Notes: a model not told the origin generated them from the sequence alone. 38,029 bases of DNA from an uncultured Bacilli bacterium (GCA_944332155.1 CALVJM010000002.1:1-38029); one strand, 5' to 3'; counted from the first letter of the stretch, positions 25,233 through 34,484 are shown. Translations and numbers: made by a program.

Positions 25233-25610
25233 ATGAAACACTCAAGTGAAAAACAATCTAATATTTTAACTAACGATCAATTATCTATACCTGATATCAA
25301 TGAGGAAAAACTACAAAAACAGCCTGATTTTTTAATTAATAATCAACAAATGGATCAATTAGACCTACCAGAAATAAAGCGTATAAGTTCGGATTTTTTA
25401 GCTAATAATCAGCATTTGAATAAATTAGTTATACCTGACATTGATAAAGAAAAATTAGATAAGAAGCAAGAAACACAAGCTTCATCAAATAAAATAAATG
25501 AATTTCAAAAAATTAAGAAAATAATTCAAAACAGTATGGATAAAGACAATACAAAAGAAATTTCTGATACTTTAGATAATGATACAGAAACAAAAGGAAG
25601 AACTAGATAA
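25233..25610 (+). CDS. hypothetical small protein with three roughly 22-aa LRR-like repeats
   Basis: A strong SD (AAGGAGG) precedes the ATG at 25233. The repeats are ILTNDQLSIPDINEEKL, FLINNQQMDQLDLPEIKRI and FLANNQHLNKLVIPDIDKEKL. Confidence 0.55.
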   Translation: MKHSSEKQSNILTNDQLSIPDINEEKLQKQPDFLINNQQMDQLDLPEIKRISSDFLANNQHLNKLVIPDIDKEKLDKKQETQASSNKINEFQKIKKIIQNSMDKDNTKEISDTLDNDTETKGRTR

Positions 25611-25613
25611 AAT

Positions 25614-25664
25614 AAAAAGACTATTTAATAAGAAGTTTTAAAACTTTATTAATAGTCTTTTTTT
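25614..25664. terminator. bidirectional rho-independent terminator
   Basis: AAAAAGACTATT...AAGTTTTAAAACTT...AATAGTCTTTTTTT, a long palindromic hairpin between convergent genes. Confidence 0.7.
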
Positions 25665-25690
25665 ACTTTTAATCAATAAAAACAAGAAAT

Positions 25691-28318
25691 TTATTGTTTA
25701 CGATTTAATATAACATCTACAGGTCGTAATCGTGAAATAGTATGTACCGTAAATAAACTTGCAGCAAAAATTGAAGTCAATACCGTAATAAATAGAAGTA
25801 AAATAATATGTGGATATACTTGTAAAAATTCTATGTGGAAAAATAAACGACTAGATACCATTTGGTTCACATAATCTTTAAAGTAAAATAACCCTATTAA
25901 TACAAATAATAAAGAACATAAACCAATAATAATTCCTTCATATAAGAATATTTTGAAGATATCATTACTTCTTGCACCTAGAGCTCTTAATATACCAATT
26001 TTTTTCTTTTCATTATAAATAGACATCGTAATGAAGTTTATCAATAACAATAATGCAAAACATCCAAAAATAAGACTTGCGTATAAGAAGAATGTACCAA
26101 GTGAATTGGTAATTCCTTGAAGTATCTGCATTTCATCACTAAACACTGTTTTTATTACATATGGCTCTTTTCCGGTATAATCAGTAAAAATTGTTTTGAA
26201 TTTATTAAAATCATTTTCGAATCCATACATATAAGTAATTTCATAATTATCTTTTAATAAATCATCAAGTACACCACTACCAAAATAAACTTCTCCAGAA
26301 GTATTTAACATAATACCTTTTACAATCAATGGTTCTAATTGGACAAATCGAGAAGTCGTTCTTGTATCCAAAATACGAAGATTTATAGTAGAACCAATAA
26401 TATTATTTTCAGAAATATATTTGAATAGAAATTCTTGTTTTAATTCGTCATTTGTCTTATATTCCATTCCTGTTGTATTATCTTTTAATAATTGTTGATA
26501 ATTATTAATATATTGTTCTTGTTGTGCTTGAAATTGATGATTGGTAATATCATCAAAATAGCTTTCTGAAAGAACAATTTCATTAGGTTTTAGTTGCTGA
26601 ATACTTACTTCTTCTTGACCATTATATATTTGAATTGCATGATCTAAATAACCTACACGTTCTGTATCTAAGAAAAAATGTTTATTAGGAAATACAACAT
26701 CAAGATTAAAATAATTATTATCTAACAACTGATTAGGTTGCCACTTTACATCTTGCACAAATTTTTCTGACACATATACTTCTATGGCCGGATTTATAAT
26801 TCTTTTCAAAAATTCTTCAGTGTGATAATTATCATTAGTTATTCCAAAAAAACTCGAAGTATATTCTAATGAAAGGTCTTTAGCTGACATCTTCTTCAAA
26901 TGATTAAAGGGTTGTAAATTATCTTTAATAACCCCTACAACTTTTACCTTATTACTACCAAGTTTTAAATATTTTTCATCCTTCAATAATTGTTCAACAC
27001 TAGATGGATAATAATAATTTATTGTTGTAGTTAGAATAGACTCAGGTGTAGCATATGGTTCAACGCCAAAATACATCATTTGCTCGGCTAAGTATTCATG
27101 AATTAAAATTTCGTCACTAGCTTCCGGAAATCTTCCGATTATTTCTGCTTCTAAGTCACTTTCTTTCATAGGAATAAAAGTCATAGTATGTGGTAATAAA
27201 GAATAATAATAAGGTCTTTCTTCGGTATATTTTTCTTGATTAAATTGTAAAGATACCGGTAAATTATTCTCAATAAATTGATAACCAGGATATAAATCAG
27301 AGGAAAATCTAGATTGAAGATCATTGATTTCTTTTTCAGTTAATGGTAAATTTTCACCCAGATAATACTCTCCACTCATCTGATTGAAAGTCCCTTTGGC
27401 TACTGAAAAATTTGATTCCTTTTCTTCAACCATTGTATTCGCATACACATAATTTAAATCACTCATAGAAAATAATTCTGATATTCCAAAAAAGGATAGA
27501 GAAAAAAATAATAATAGTACCGTGAAAAACAAACGTATTTTTTTAATACCCAGATTACGAAAAGCCATTTTAAGAGCAAATGAAAAAGGGAGTTTTGATT
27601 TTTTTGAGATAAAATTTCGATTATTAACAATATTATTAGGTGTATTATTAGAAATTACTTTTCCATCTTTTAATTCAATGATATAATCCGCATAATTTGT
27701 AGCTGCTTCACGATCATGAGTAACCACAACTACAAGTTTTTCTTTACTGATCTGTTTTAACAATTCAAAAATTTGTTGTCCAGTGGCCTCATCTAGCGAT
27801 CCTGTTGGTTCATCCGCAAGTAAAATTTCAGGATTTTTTATCATCGCACGTCCAATCGCAACACGTTGTTTTTGACCTCCAGATAATTCATTCATTTTTC
27901 TTTTTTCTAAGCCAATTAATTCAAGTTGCTCTAATAACTTGGTAATCTTTTCTTTATCTTCTTTTTTTCTTTGCAGACGTAAGGCCAATGATATATTGTC
28001 ATACACACTATATTCTTCTAACAAGTTAAAATCTTGAAAAATGAAGCCAACGTATGTGTTACGATAATAATCAAAATCTTTATTACGAAACTTTTTGGTA
28101 CTTTTCCCATTGACGATAATATCACCACTAGTAGGCTTATCTAATCCACCTATCAAGTTTAATAAGGTAGATTTACCGCAACCACTTTTCCCTAATACGA
28201 AGATAAACCCTTTGTCAGGAAGAGAAAAAGAAACATCATCTAATGCGACTGTTTTTACTTTTCTCTTTCCTTTATAAATTTTAGTAATATTCTTTAACTC
28301 AATCACACTTTCACCCAT
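25691..28318 (-). CDS. MacB-type fused ABC transporter (N-terminal ATPase, FtsX-like 4-TM permease, large extracytoplasmic domain)
   Basis: GKSGCGKSTLLNLIGGLD, LSGGQKQRVAIGRA and LLADEPTGSLD. These are followed by TM1, an extracytoplasmic region of about 430 aa, and three C-terminal TMs with an FtsX-like layout. Confidence 0.85.
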   Translation of the reverse strand: MGESVIELKNITKIYKGKRKVKTVALDDVSFSLPDKGFIFVLGKSGCGKSTLLNLIGGLDKPTSGDIIVNGKSTKKFRNKDFDYYRNTYVGFIFQDFNLLEEYSVYDNISLALRLQRKKEDKEKITKLLEQLELIGLEKRKMNELSGGQKQRVAIGRAMIKNPEILLADEPTGSLDEATGQQIFELLKQISKEKLVVVVTHDREAATNYADYIIELKDGKVISNNTPNNIVNNRNFISKKSKLPFSFALKMAFRNLGIKKIRLFFTVLLLFFSLSFFGISELFSMSDLNYVYANTMVEEKESNFSVAKGTFNQMSGEYYLGENLPLTEKEINDLQSRFSSDLYPGYQFIENNLPVSLQFNQEKYTEERPYYYSLLPHTMTFIPMKESDLEAEIIGRFPEASDEILIHEYLAEQMMYFGVEPYATPESILTTTINYYYPSSVEQLLKDEKYLKLGSNKVKVVGVIKDNLQPFNHLKKMSAKDLSLEYTSSFFGITNDNYHTEEFLKRIINPAIEVYVSEKFVQDVKWQPNQLLDNNYFNLDVVFPNKHFFLDTERVGYLDHAIQIYNGQEEVSIQQLKPNEIVLSESYFDDITNHQFQAQQEQYINNYQQLLKDNTTGMEYKTNDELKQEFLFKYISENNIIGSTINLRILDTRTTSRFVQLEPLIVKGIMLNTSGEVYFGSGVLDDLLKDNYEITYMYGFENDFNKFKTIFTDYTGKEPYVIKTVFSDEMQILQGITNSLGTFFLYASLIFGCFALLLLINFITMSIYNEKKKIGILRALGARSNDIFKIFLYEGIIIGLCSLLFVLIGLFYFKDYVNQMVSSRLFFHIEFLQVYPHIILLLFITVLTSIFAASLFTVHTISRLRPVDVILNRKQ

Positions 28319-28410
28319 TTCTCTTCTACTATTTACACTTACATCATATCACATTTTTTATTTTTTTTCAATTCCTTCTGGCAATTGAATATAATATATT
28401 AGGTGATATT

Positions 28411-28839
28411 ATGGCGGTAATTAAATATACAGACAGAGAACGTGATCTTCTTGCTCGTTTAATGCGTGCAGAAGCAATTGGTGAAGGTAACTTAGGTATG
28501 TTAATGGTTGGTAATGTTGTTGTCAATAGAGTTCTAGCTAATTGCCTAGATTTTAGAAATATATCAACCTTATCCGAAGCAATATATCAAAATCCAGGTG
28601 GTTTTAGTGGTGTCAATAGTCCATTGTTTTTCAGTAATCCAACAGCTCAAGAACAACATTTAGCCAATCGTGTAATTCGTGGAGAATATTTTTATCCGGC
28701 TACCAATGCGTTATGGTTTTATGCACCTAGTGGAGGATCAAGCTGTAGAACAACTTGGTGGAGTCAACCATTATCTGGACGCTTTAAAAATCATTGTTTT
28801 TATCAACCAGAACCTGGTGTATGTACAACATTACATTAA
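28411..28839 (+). CDS. SleB/CwlJ-family spore cortex-lytic cell wall hydrolase
   Basis: The Hydrolase_2 signature LLARLMRAEAIGEG..GMLMVGNVVVNRV ... NALWFY is present. At 142 aa with no PG-binding domain, it is CwlJ-like. Confidence 0.8.
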   Translation: MAVIKYTDRERDLLARLMRAEAIGEGNLGMLMVGNVVVNRVLANCLDFRNISTLSEAIYQNPGGFSGVNSPLFFSNPTAQEQHLANRVIRGEYFYPATNALWFYAPSGGSSCRTTWWSQPLSGRFKNHCFYQPEPGVCTTLH

Positions 28840-28865
28840 AAAAAGATATCTTGATAATATCTTTT

Positions 28866-30128
28866 TTAATTTACAACATTTATAAATGTTTCTTGTGACC
28901 AACTTGTAGATACTGGATAACGAGGTATTTTATAATGATCTTCACCTACTTTTGCTTTTCGAGAATCACCTATAAAGGCCATAGTAAAGCCATTTGTTTT
29001 CAACTGTTCAATGGCGTAATCATTATAATCATATAATGGGTAGGCTAGTATTGTAGAACCGTGAAGAGCATCTCTAGATGCTTGTAAATCATTCTTAATT
29101 AATTCACTATCTAAACAAAGTAAACCTCCACCTTGCCCGTATTCGGTTGGGCATACTCCAACATCATGCATATTATGAGTATGAGAATGACATTCAATAT
29201 AATCATTTTCATATTCTGCTGGATTATACCATGATGTAACTAAAAATATAGTTGCATGCATTTTATATTCGGTTAACATGGGAATAGCAATTTCTTTTAC
29301 TCCTTGCCCACCATCATCAATAGTAATTAAGACAGATTTTTTTGGTAATTGAATTGTACCATCCAAGAACATAGAAAAACTATTCATATCGACTGTAAAA
29401 AATTGTTGATCACGTAAATAATTTAAATGTTCTGTAAATACCTGTTTTTCATGACAAATTATTTGATTACAACTCTCTCCATTTGCTTGATCATAAAAGA
29501 AATGATAATTTAATACGGCAATTTCACTAGCAATCTCTTGATCACTATGATGAGATTCAACTTGTTTTGCGATATCTTCTTTTAAGATATATCCAAACAT
29601 ATGATTAAACTCAACATAATAACGATCTGTAGTCTTTCCAATAACAGTAAATGTTTTTTCTTGATTAAACGTAATTAGTTTTGTTGCTTTAGTATCATAA
29701 AAATCAACATTCTTTTTATTAGTTACAATATCCAAGTTAAATGGAACATAGGATTGATATGTTGTATCTACTGGTATTTCATCTACTGGAGTAACATCCT
29801 CATAATAAACATATAAATCTAATTCTTTTAATTTAAAATAAGCTTCTTGTTTTTTTGGATGTTCGTCTAATTCTATATACATATCTTTTTTTATACTACC
29901 AGCTTTTTTATATTTATCGTTTTTATTTTCATATAAATCAGTATCTTTTGTTATTAACACTTTTTCATTATAATGTTTTTCAATGTTCGCAATTAATTGT
30001 TTTCTTTCCTCTTTTGCTTGTTCTAAAAGTTCAACCTGTCTCATTTCATAATCTCGTTCACGAATATAAAAAACAAGCCCAATTAATAGAAGAATCAACA
30101 CCGCTATAACAATCTTCCATTTTTTCAT
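28866..30128 (-). CDS. membrane-anchored polysaccharide deacetylase (NodB family; PdaA-like candidate)
   Basis: An N-terminal TM segment and the NodB motifs ITIDDGG and HSHTHNMH. The start is trimmed to the ATG after SD AGGTGA. Confidence 0.75.
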   Translation of the reverse strand: MKKWKIVIAVLILLLIGLVFYIRERDYEMRQVELLEQAKEERKQLIANIEKHYNEKVLITKDTDLYENKNDKYKKAGSIKKDMYIELDEHPKKQEAYFKLKELDLYVYYEDVTPVDEIPVDTTYQSYVPFNLDIVTNKKNVDFYDTKATKLITFNQEKTFTVIGKTTDRYYVEFNHMFGYILKEDIAKQVESHHSDQEIASEIAVLNYHFFYDQANGESCNQIICHEKQVFTEHLNYLRDQQFFTVDMNSFSMFLDGTIQLPKKSVLITIDDGGQGVKEIAIPMLTEYKMHATIFLVTSWYNPAEYENDYIECHSHTHNMHDVGVCPTEYGQGGGLLCLDSELIKNDLQASRDALHGSTILAYPLYDYNDYAIEQLKTNGFTMAFIGDSRKAKVGEDHYKIPRYPVSTSWSQETFINVVN

Positions 30129-30172
30129 CGTATTCACCTGTTTTTATTATACCAATTTTTTGAAAAAATAAT

Positions 30173-30198
30173 CAAAAAACAGGAATTAATTTCCTGTT
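30173..30198 (-). terminator. rho-independent terminator of htrA
   Basis: The minus strand reads AACAGGA-AATTAA-TTCCTGTT followed by TTTTGA. It overlaps the stop codon. Confidence 0.65.
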
Positions 30199-31271
30199 TG
30201 AGTTGCCGCAACTAATTCAACCTTAAATTCTTTACGATCTCCATTACGATAAACTGTGACTTCAATTGTATCACCAACTTGATGTTTATATAGATTATGG
30301 CGTAACTCTGAAGAGTTAGCAATAGCTTCGCCATCAATTTCAGTAATAATATCGCCTTTTGTAATTCCCGCTATGGCAGCTGGTCCACCATCAGTAACAG
30401 ACATTACAACTACACCTTCTGTTGGAGCATCATTATCTAAACGAATACCATATCGATATAAAGCATATGCATTATCTACGTCTAACATTTCTAAGCCAAT
30501 CATTGGGCGAACAATTTCTTCACCTTTTTCCAAGCTATCTACTGAAGACATTACAATTTCAATTGGAATCGCAAATCCCATTCCTTCAATTTCATCTTCA
30601 ACTAGTTTTAATGAATTGACACCAATAACTTCTCCATTTGCATTACATAATGGTCCTCCACTGTTTCCAGGATTTATTGCAGCATCTGTTTGTAAAACGT
30701 CCATTACATTATTAGAAGTAGTAACAGTACGATTATTTCCAGATAAAATTCCTTTTGTTACTGTTCCTTTATATTCACTTCCTAGAGGAGAACCTACTGT
30801 AAATAAAGTATCACCTAATGATAAATCACTACTGTCACCAATTGTCGCAACTAAGGTAACTACGTCTACATCAACTGCTAAAACAGCAATATCAGAATAT
30901 TCATCACCACCTAGAACTTCTGCATTTACAGTATTACCATCCATTGTTGTGACCTTAATTTCATCCGCACCTTCTATAACATGATAGTTAGTAATCACAT
31001 AACCATTCTTATCATCTTTTTTATATACAAAACCAGTACCGGTAGAAATCTGTTGACCATTTTGATAAGATTCGATAACGTATACGGCATCATATACTTT
31101 ATCAATAGCAGCTTTTAAAGTATTTGTCTCTGTCACTGTTACATTCTTTTTCGTCCCATCATCTTGTACTACCGTTGTGTTAGGAATATATTTGATACAT
31201 AGAATAGTACCAATAATTCCAACAAATAATGCACAAATAATAGCTACAATATAAGTTACTTTATGTTTCAT
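30186..31271 (-). CDS. htrA: HtrA/DegP-family serine protease with a PDZ domain
   Basis: An N-terminal TM segment, the catalytic triad context NYHVIEGA / DIAVL / GNSGGPL, and a C-terminal PDZ (GVVVMSV..GGPAA.AGI.KGDIITEIDG). SD AAGGAGG. Confidence 0.9.
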   Translation of the reverse strand: MKHKVTYIVAIICALFVGIIGTILCIKYIPNTTVVQDDGTKKNVTVTETNTLKAAIDKVYDAVYVIESYQNGQQISTGTGFVYKKDDKNGYVITNYHVIEGADEIKVTTMDGNTVNAEVLGGDEYSDIAVLAVDVDVVTLVATIGDSSDLSLGDTLFTVGSPLGSEYKGTVTKGILSGNNRTVTTSNNVMDVLQTDAAINPGNSGGPLCNANGEVIGVNSLKLVEDEIEGMGFAIPIEIVMSSVDSLEKGEEIVRPMIGLEMLDVDNAYALYRYGIRLDNDAPTEGVVVMSVTDGGPAAIAGITKGDIITEIDGEAIANSSELRHNLYKHQVGDTIEVTVYRNGDRKEFKVELVAATQTGN

Positions 31272-31280
31272 AATTCCTCC

Positions 31281-32213
31281 TTACTCTATGTCAATAATGT
31301 CACGCCAGTTTTCAGGGAAACCAATACGATTTAATATACTAATTAAAGGAACCGTATCCACTCTGCCATCAAGAACATCAATCTCATAACCGATTTCATA
31401 CGCTAATTCACGAAATTCTTCATCTGTTAGCATTTGTTTTAAAATAATAATCATGGCAAAAAGATCATTTTTACCAAAAATATATTCATCATCAGTTTTT
31501 TCAATTCCTAATTGTTCATGATACTTACAATCAGGTATATCGCGTTGCGTACGATGATCGTATAAAACATCTTCATGTGCACATACATTTCTTAAATTAG
31601 ATAATAGAGAAAGATAAATCGATAAAGTATCCGCATTCAAATGATAGACTTTGGCAATATCACTTTTATCTTCATTTTTTAATATGTTAAATAATTCTGA
31701 AACAATACCAAAAGATAATACTTTAACTAAAATCCACATTGGTATATAACCATAATTAGTTAAATAATGCATGGTTGCGGTATGTTCTTTTCCATTAACT
31801 CGTATTTGACGACGCGTTTTTTCTAAAATATCACGTACTTGACGCGTTTTTAATGGATCATGAGTAAAATTCTTTGGATTTAAATAATCTTTTTCTTTAA
31901 AACCATATTTTTTAGACATTTGATAACTAATAATTGATTTAATATTATTTTCAACAATCAAAGTATATTTAAACATAATATTACGAATCATTCGATCAAA
32001 AACAAACATTCCGTAAAGTTCATCAAATGTAGTTCCCTTAATAAAACGATCTTTATCATTATGACGCATAAATAAATGACGATATCCGGAAATAAAGAAA
32101 TAATTCTCGCGGAATAGAATCTCTTTTGCATATTCCACATCATCTATAATTAATCCTTTATTCTCTAATATTTCAATTTGCTCATCTAATGTTCTGAATA
32201 TTTTTCCCTTCAT
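31281..32213 (-). CDS. Abi_2 family (AbiD/AbiD1/AbiF-like) abortive-infection protein
   Basis: The N-terminus TLDEQIEILENKGLIIDD..YAKEILFRENYFFISGYRHLF and the later LRNVCAHEDVLYD match the hallmark segments of Abi_2 proteins. SD AGGTGA. Confidence 0.75.
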   Translation of the reverse strand: MKGKIFRTLDEQIEILENKGLIIDDVEYAKEILFRENYFFISGYRHLFMRHNDKDRFIKGTTFDELYGMFVFDRMIRNIMFKYTLIVENNIKSIISYQMSKKYGFKEKDYLNPKNFTHDPLKTRQVRDILEKTRRQIRVNGKEHTATMHYLTNYGYIPMWILVKVLSFGIVSELFNILKNEDKSDIAKVYHLNADTLSIYLSLLSNLRNVCAHEDVLYDHRTQRDIPDCKYHEQLGIEKTDDEYIFGKNDLFAMIIILKQMLTDEEFRELAYEIGYEIDVLDGRVDTVPLISILNRIGFPENWRDIIDIE

Positions 32214-32303
32214 ATTTTCACCTACGTTAACATTATAACATATTTCTTAATATTCACCTCATCTTTCCTTTACAATATAAGATATAGATATGGGGAAAAT
32301 GTG

Positions 32304-32330
32304 AAAAAAAGATATTTTCACAAATATCTT
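32304..32330 (-). terminator. rho-independent terminator of the cwlD-like gene
   Basis: The minus strand reads AAGATAT-TTGTGAAA-ATATCTT followed by T7. Confidence 0.6.
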
Positions 32331-32389
32331 AGAAAGATTCTAATGTATAATCCACCTTTAAAATCAATTCCAAATCACTATATATACAT

Positions 32390-33052
32390 TTATGTCTGTA
32401 AATATTGCTGAATTCCTTCAACCATTACTTTTACCAATTTTTGTTGATAATCCTTTGTTTGTAATAGGTATCGTTCATTTGCATTTGAAAGAAAACCTAA
32501 TTCCAATAAAACTGCAGGTGTCTCAATTCTACTTAATAAATATAAATCATTTGCTCTTTTATAATCTCTTTTTGAATATAATTGTTCGCGAAACAATTGT
32601 TGAAATATTTTAGCTATCTTTACATTTTCCTTATTACGACTATTATAAAAAACTTGTGCACCTTTCATACTATTAGCTTGATCAGCATTTAAATGAATTG
32701 ATAAAAACATATGACATTCAGATTTATTGACAATATTACTACGTCGTGACAAATCACTACGTTTATGATTTACAGTATAAGGTACAGATAAATCGTAATC
32801 ATCTTCACGAGTTAGATAAACAGTTGCACCTAGTTTCTGTAACTCTGTTCGCAATTGTTTACTTATTTCTAAATTAATATTTTTTTCTTCAACTTCTTTA
32901 TACATTGCCCCGGGATCACTTCCACCATGACCAGGATCAATATATATAATTTTATTCTTTAATGGATAACTTCTTTCTTTCGCGTAGCTATAATCAAAAG
33001 TACATATACCTAATAATAATAAAAATAAAACCATTATTTTATAATGCCACAT
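32390..33052 (-). CDS. cwlD: N-acetylmuramoyl-L-alanine amidase (Amidase_3), CwlD-like germination-specific type
   Basis: IIYIDPGHGGSDPGA, LSIHLNA and PAVLLELGFLSN, with a single N-terminal hydrophobic segment and a length of about 220 aa. The start is trimmed to the ATG after SD GGTGA. Confidence 0.75.
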   Translation of the reverse strand: MWHYKIMVLFLLLLGICTFDYSYAKERSYPLKNKIIYIDPGHGGSDPGAMYKEVEEKNINLEISKQLRTELQKLGATVYLTREDDYDLSVPYTVNHKRSDLSRRSNIVNKSECHMFLSIHLNADQANSMKGAQVFYNSRNKENVKIAKIFQQLFREQLYSKRDYKRANDLYLLSRIETPAVLLELGFLSNANERYLLQTKDYQQKLVKVMVEGIQQYLQT

Positions 33053-33392
33053 ACAATCACCTATCAAAGTATATGAAACAGAATAATAAAAAAGTCATAT
33101 TTCCTTTAAATTACAACGAATATGGCTATAAATTTACTCAACATGGTCAAAAAACAAATTTGTTTCTCCTTGATATTTTCTCCCAAATTATTTGTTTCCT
33201 AGATTAGTAATATCTATTTTTCATAAAACTCAATTTTGACAACAGTTATAAACAAAATGAATACAATCGATAAGATATATACTAAATGTGTACTCATAAA
33301 TAGCTCTTAATAGACAGATAAAATAAATTGAACATCAATTCAATAATAGTCTTCAATAAAAAAACTACCTTTATTCAGTAGTAATTTTCTTA

Positions 33393-33920
33393 TTATTTTT
33401 TAGGAACAAATAAATTTTTCATATTTACCTTTTCCAATTCTAAAAGCTTAATTTTTTTATCTATTCCTCCAGCATAACCTGTTAAACTTCCGTTTTCACC
33501 TACAACTCTATGACATGGAACAATAATAGAAATTGGATTATGTCCCACTGCATTACCAACTGCTTGAGCTGACATTTGATTAATTCCTCTTCGTTTAGCT
33601 ATTTCCTTCGCTATCGCACTATATGTTGTCGTAGTACCATATGGAATGTGCTGAAGAATTTCCCAAACTTCTTTTTGAAAAGAGGTTCCATTTAACTTTA
33701 TTAAAAGATCTGTAGAAGACACTTTATCACCATTAAAATAACAATCCAACCAAACTTTTGTTTTTTTAAATATAGCTAATTCATCATTTTGAATTAATTT
33801 ATCTGTCTCTACGTTTAAATAGTATTTTTGTCCTTCTATCCAAAGACCAGTTAAAAATATGCCATCGGAAGCTAATAATAGCTTACCAATAGGTGATAAA
33901 TAATAAGTAATATAAATCAT
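33393..33920 (-). CDS. ogt: methylated-DNA--protein-cysteine methyltransferase
   Basis: Active-site PCHRVV, preceded by YGTTTTYSAIA and NPISIIVPCHRVVG. Confidence 0.9.
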   Translation of the reverse strand: MIYITYYLSPIGKLLLASDGIFLTGLWIEGQKYYLNVETDKLIQNDELAIFKKTKVWLDCYFNGDKVSSTDLLIKLNGTSFQKEVWEILQHIPYGTTTTYSAIAKEIAKRRGINQMSAQAVGNAVGHNPISIIVPCHRVVGENGSLTGYAGGIDKKIKLLELEKVNMKNLFVPKK

Positions 33921-34181
33921 TATTATCTAGACTCCTTATTTTTCATTATGGTTTGAATTGTATTTTGCGATATTTTTAATAATAACTTATCCTACGTAAC
34001 TTTTGATTTTCCTATAATAAAGCAAAAGAAAGATTATATAATATGTAAAATTTGATTAATCACTAACAAAATAGTTGATTTAAATATCATTTTTTCAATC
34101 AAATCTACATGACAACATATCTTTTATTAGATACATTTGGATACTAGTTAGTATTTTTCTTCAAATAAAATTAATCATCTT

Positions 34182-34469
34182 CTAACGATTAAATTTGCGA
34201 AATAAAGAAACAATCTCATCTATATGTTTCAAATTTCCAGAATCAATATCATCGAAAATTGAATCATATAAATACGATTCTAAAATATAATTAGATAAAT
34301 TTTTAGTACCATTCTGAATTGATGATAATTGAATTAATATTTCTTGACAAGTCCTATCATCATCAATCATTTTTTGAATTCCTTTTAATTGTCCTATAAT
34401 ACGACTAATACGATTTGCAATTGCTTTTTTCTCATCATCTTCAACATAAGATAATTGTACATCATTCAT
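34182..34469 (-). CDS. CsoR/RcnR/FrmR-family (DUF156) transcriptional repressor, non-canonical ligand set
   Basis: IANRISRIIGQLKGIQKMIDDDRTCQEILIQLSSIQ aligns with B. subtilis CsoR. The start is trimmed to MNDVQL, because the promoter lies inside the longer track ORF. Confidence 0.75.
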   Translation of the reverse strand: MNDVQLSYVEDDEKKAIANRISRIIGQLKGIQKMIDDDRTCQEILIQLSSIQNGTKNLSNYILESYLYDSIFDDIDSGNLKHIDEIVSLFRKFNR

Positions 34470-34484
34470 ATTATCACCATTTTC

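Noticed and set aside
30373-30984. 203-aa antisense ORF within htrA (and the 65-aa ORF at 30422-30619)
   Set aside because: It has a low-complexity S/T/P-rich translation typical of the reverse frame of a Gly/Val/Asp-rich gene. htrA on the minus strand is unambiguous.
32300-32330. Two mutually exclusive hairpins (TGTGAAAA/TTTTCACA and AAGATAT/ATATCTT) that looked like an attenuator between cwlD and abi
   Set aside because: In the direction of transcription, the terminator hairpin forms first and the alternative stem includes the T run. There is therefore no upstream antiterminator logic, and a plain terminator explains the structure.
32962-33207. 81-aa plus-strand ORF running from inside cwlD into the intergenic region
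   Set aside because: It starts antisense within cwlD, has no SD and no recognisable features. It is probably spurious.
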